A DNA stretch of 64,000 nt from Chrysemys picta bellii (lineage: Eukaryota), in the NCBI RefSeq assembly GCF_011386835.1, contig NC_088806.1:310001-374000 (forward strand), read 5' to 3'. Below, piece after piece: positions 58,595 to 64,000 of the stretch. How positions within the stretch are numbered: position 1 is the first letter of the stretch; each line of letters starts with the position of its first letter. The notes under the pieces were generated by a model, which worked only from the letters and a program-made list of their open reading frames with translations, was not told the DNA's origin and did no database searches. Position numbers and translations under genes: made by a program.

Positions 58595-61167
58595 TCAGTA
58601 CTGGGTTTGCTGGAAATGGAGCAAAGGGGGTGAAATTAGAGCCCCTGCCCCGTCCTGCCCCTCGCCCAGCGCTGAGACACAGCTGGCTCTGGGGTGGGGC
58701 GCGGGGGCCTCTTCGTACAGGGATCCCTCACCTGGCGCTGAGATGCATCTGGTTCTGGGCTGGGCGCGGGGCTGTTTGTACAGGGACCCCCAGTGAGGAG
58801 ATGCAGCTGGCTCTGGGGTGGGGCGCGGGGTCTGTTCGTACAGGGACCCCCAGTGCGGAGATGCAGCTGGCTCTGGGGTGGGGCACGGGGTCTGTACAGG
58901 GACCCTGGTGCGGAGATGCAGCTGGCTCTGGGGTGGGCGCGGGGCTGTTCGTACAGGGACCCCTCGCCCGGCACTGAGACGCAGCTGGCTCTGGTGTGGG
59001 GCGCGGGGGCCTCTTCGTACAGGGATCCCTCACCCGGTGCTGAGATGCATCTGGTTCTGGGGTGGGCACGGGGCTGTTTGTACAGGGACCCCTTGCCCGG
59101 CACCAAGATGCAGCTGACTCTGGGGTGGGGCGCGGGGGCTGTTTGTACAGGGACCCTGGCGCGGAGAGGCAGCTGGCTCTGGGGTGGGGCACGGGGCTGT
59201 TCGTACAGGGACCCTGGCGCGGAGAGGCAGCTGGCTCTGGGGTGGGGCACGGGGCTGTTCGTACAGGGACCCTGGGCGCGGAGAGGCAGCTGGCTCTGGG
59301 GTGGGCGCGGGGCTGTTCGTACAGGGACCCTGGCGCGGAGAGGCAGCTGGCTCTGGGGTGGGGCACGGGGCTGTTCGTACAGGGACCCTGGCGCGGAGAG
59401 GCAGCTGGCTCTGGGGTGGGCGCGGGGCTGTTCGTACAGGGACCCTGGCGCGGAGAGGCAGCTGGCTCTGGGGTGGGCGCGGGGCTGTTCGTACAGGGAC
59501 CCTGGCGCGGAGAGGCAGCTGGCTCTGGGGTGGGGCGCGGGGCTGTTTGTACAGGGACCCTGGCGCGGAGAGGCAGCTGGCTCTGGGGTGGGCGCGGGGC
59601 TGTTTGTACAGGAACCCTGGCGTGGAGAGGCAGCTGGCTCTGGGGTGGGCGCGGGGCCGGCTCGGCTGTGGGGGGTCTCACCTTGGGGCTCCTGGCCTGT
59701 TTCTTGTTGCAGGTCCCGCAGAGGCAGCCGAAGAGGCCGTTCAGCACCTGGATCCCGCAGAGCAGCAGCTCCAGCAGCGCCGCAGCCAGCACCAGGGAGA
59801 AGAGGATGACGTTGAACCGGACCACGCCGGGCGGGTTCACGCAGGCGTCCCACACCGAGGTGTTGAACAAGTAGCTCTGCTCACTGCACGGAGAGTGAGG
59901 GACTGGCCAGGTGCCACGCGGCCTGGTGCCCCTCGACCCCGCCCCGCCGCCCCCCGGCTCTGCCGGAGCCCCTCGACCCCCGAGTCACCATCCCCCCCCG
60001 GCTCTGCCGGAGCCCCTCGACCCTGCCCCGCCGCCCCCCGGCTCTGCCAGAGCTCCTCGACCCCGAGTCACCATCCCCCCCCGGCTCTGCCGGAGCCCCT
60101 CGACCCGAGTCACCATCTCCCCCGGCTCTGCCGGAGCCCCTCGACCCTGCCCCGCCGCCCCCCGGCTCTGCCAGAGCTCCTCGACCCCGAGTCACCATCC
60201 CCCCCCGGCTCTGCCGGAGCCCCTCGACCCCGAGTCACCATCTCCCCCGGCTCTGCCGGAGCCCCTCAACCCCGAGTCACCATCTCCCCCGGCTCTGCCG
60301 GAGCCCCTCGACCCCGCCCCGCCGCCCCCGGCTCTGCCGGAGCCCCCTCGACCCCGAGTCACCATCCCCCCCGGCTCTGCCGGAGCCCCTCGACCCCGCC
60401 CCGCCGCCCCCCGGCTCTGCCGGAGCCCCCTCGACCCCGAGTCACCATCCCCCCCGGCTCTGCCGGAGCCCCTCGACCCCGCCCCGCCGCCCCCCATCTC
60501 TGCCGGAGCCCCTCGACCCCGAGTCACCATCCCCCCCGGCTCTGCCGGAGCCCCTCGACCCCGCCCCGCCGCCCCCCGGCTCTGCCGGAGCCCCTCGACC
60601 CGCCCCGCCGCCCCCCAGCTCTGCTGGAGCCCCTCGACCCCGAGTCACCATCTCCCCCGGCTCTGCCGGAGCCCCTCGACCCCGACTCGCCACCCCCCCC
60701 CGGCTCTGCCGGAGCCCCTCGACCCCGACTCGCCACCCCCCCCCGGCTCTACCGGAGCCCCTCGACCCCGCCCCGCCGCCCCCTGGCTCTGCCGGAGCTC
60801 CTCAACCCCGACTCGCCACCCCCCCGGCTCTCCCGGAGCCCCTCGACCCCGAGTCACCATCCCCCCGGCTCTGCCGGAGCCCCTCGATCCCGACTCGCCA
60901 CCCCCCCCCCGGCTCTGCCGGAGCCCCTCGACCCCGAGTCACCACCCCCCCCCCGGCTCTGCCAGGATTCCCCAACCCCTCCCTGCTGCTCCGCCGGCGC
61001 CCCCTGCCGTCCCACCTGAGCTCCTTGTCGGTGGTGTGGAAGGGCCATTCCCAGTTGCCATTTGCCACCTCGCACAGCGGCCCGTTCACCAGCCCCAGGG
61101 CGGAGACGCTCACGGCGTAGACAGAGCCGGCCACCCCCACCAGGGCGAAGAGGATGGACAGGAACAT
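58595..61167 (-). CDS. Transmembrane-4 L6 family protein (TM4SF5/TM4SF21-like), 3' exons only
   Basis: Exons 61016-61167 (MFLSILFALVGVAGSVYAVSVSALGLVNGPLC…WEWPF), 59682-59883 (YLFNTSVWDACVNPPGVVRFNVILFS…CGIQVLNGLFGCLCGTC) and a probable last exon 58595-58609 (QTQY*). AATAAA at 58382-58387. The 5' exons were not found before the gap. Confidence 0.85.
58660..59655. repeat. Family C minisatellite in the last TM4SF intron
   Basis: gcggagaggcagctggctctggggtgggcgcggggctgttcgtacagggaccctg repeated. Confidence 0.93.
59935..60960. repeat. About 42-bp minisatellite in a TM4SF intron
   Basis: cggctctgccggagcccctcgaccccg followed by one of two alternative tails. Confidence 0.93.
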
Positions 61168-61394
61168 CTGGGGGAGGGGGGACCCCTTTAGTGCTGGGGA
61201 TCAGATGCAGAGGGGACCCCTTTGCGGCTGGGGGGGGCCCCCGCTAGTGCCTTGGGTGAGACTGGGAGGAAAGACCCTTTGGGGACAGGGGAAGAGCTTC
61301 ACCCCCACAGCGGTGGGGAGAGACTGGGGGGAGGGCTACAGGGGGTCACTCACCCCACAGTGGTGGGGAGAGACTGGGGGGTGGGGGGAGGGCT

Positions 61395-61894
61395 NNNNNN
61401 NNNNNNNNNNNNNNNNNNNNNNNNNNNNNNNNNNNNNNNNNNNNNNNNNNNNNNNNNNNNNNNNNNNNNNNNNNNNNNNNNNNNNNNNNNNNNNNNNNNN
61501 NNNNNNNNNNNNNNNNNNNNNNNNNNNNNNNNNNNNNNNNNNNNNNNNNNNNNNNNNNNNNNNNNNNNNNNNNNNNNNNNNNNNNNNNNNNNNNNNNNNN
61601 NNNNNNNNNNNNNNNNNNNNNNNNNNNNNNNNNNNNNNNNNNNNNNNNNNNNNNNNNNNNNNNNNNNNNNNNNNNNNNNNNNNNNNNNNNNNNNNNNNNN
61701 NNNNNNNNNNNNNNNNNNNNNNNNNNNNNNNNNNNNNNNNNNNNNNNNNNNNNNNNNNNNNNNNNNNNNNNNNNNNNNNNNNNNNNNNNNNNNNNNNNNN
61801 NNNNNNNNNNNNNNNNNNNNNNNNNNNNNNNNNNNNNNNNNNNNNNNNNNNNNNNNNNNNNNNNNNNNNNNNNNNNNNNNNNNNNNNNNNNNNN
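61395..61894. other. Scaffold gap, exactly 500 N
   Basis: Run of N. The round length suggests a placeholder of unknown true size. Confidence 0.98.
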
Positions 61895-61895
61895 C

Positions 61896-63999
<2,104 letters not shown>

Positions 64000-64000
64000 G

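Noticed and set aside
56550-61019. 466-aa and 611-aa ORFs
   Set aside because: Translations of intronic or intergenic minisatellites. The real coding exons here are the TM4SF exons on the minus strand.

Overview
This is vertebrate genomic DNA, almost certainly from a turtle, on a very GC-rich, minisatellite-dense microchromosome-type region. The turtle call rests on the Penelope pLTR, CR1, hAT and Harbinger repeat families. The block is syntenic with human 7q22.1. Spliced genes, reconstructed by hand from GT-AG boundaries and protein similarity, are GPC2 (-, exons 1-9 plus part of exon 10), GAL3ST4 (+), TRAPPC14/C7orf43 (+, 11 exons, 572 aa), LAMTOR4 (-, 99 aa), a TMEM272-like gene (-), a partial TM4SF/L6-family gene (-) and partial TAF6 (+). 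There are two assembly gaps. Most ORFs in the supplied track are artefacts of GC-rich tandem repeats. Notable items: (1) a nested stack of satellite > solo LTR > two-gene Harbinger > Penelope fragment, where the fragment carries a minimal dimer-type hammerhead ribozyme motif 5 nt downstream of the Harbinger Myb/SANT gene stop; (2) three repeat-borne copies of the GPC2 exon-2 end and splice donor that form candidate micro-exons; (3) a TATA/CArG/NKX-type promoter candidate between two kilobase-scale inverted arrays of one minisatellite; (4) two membrane-protein genes where human has MBLAC1/CNPY4; (5) a deleted Gypsy element with inverted hAT MITEs in the likely GAL3ST4 3' UTR; (6) single-base frameshifts in TAF6 and the TMEM272-like gene that are probably assembly errors.
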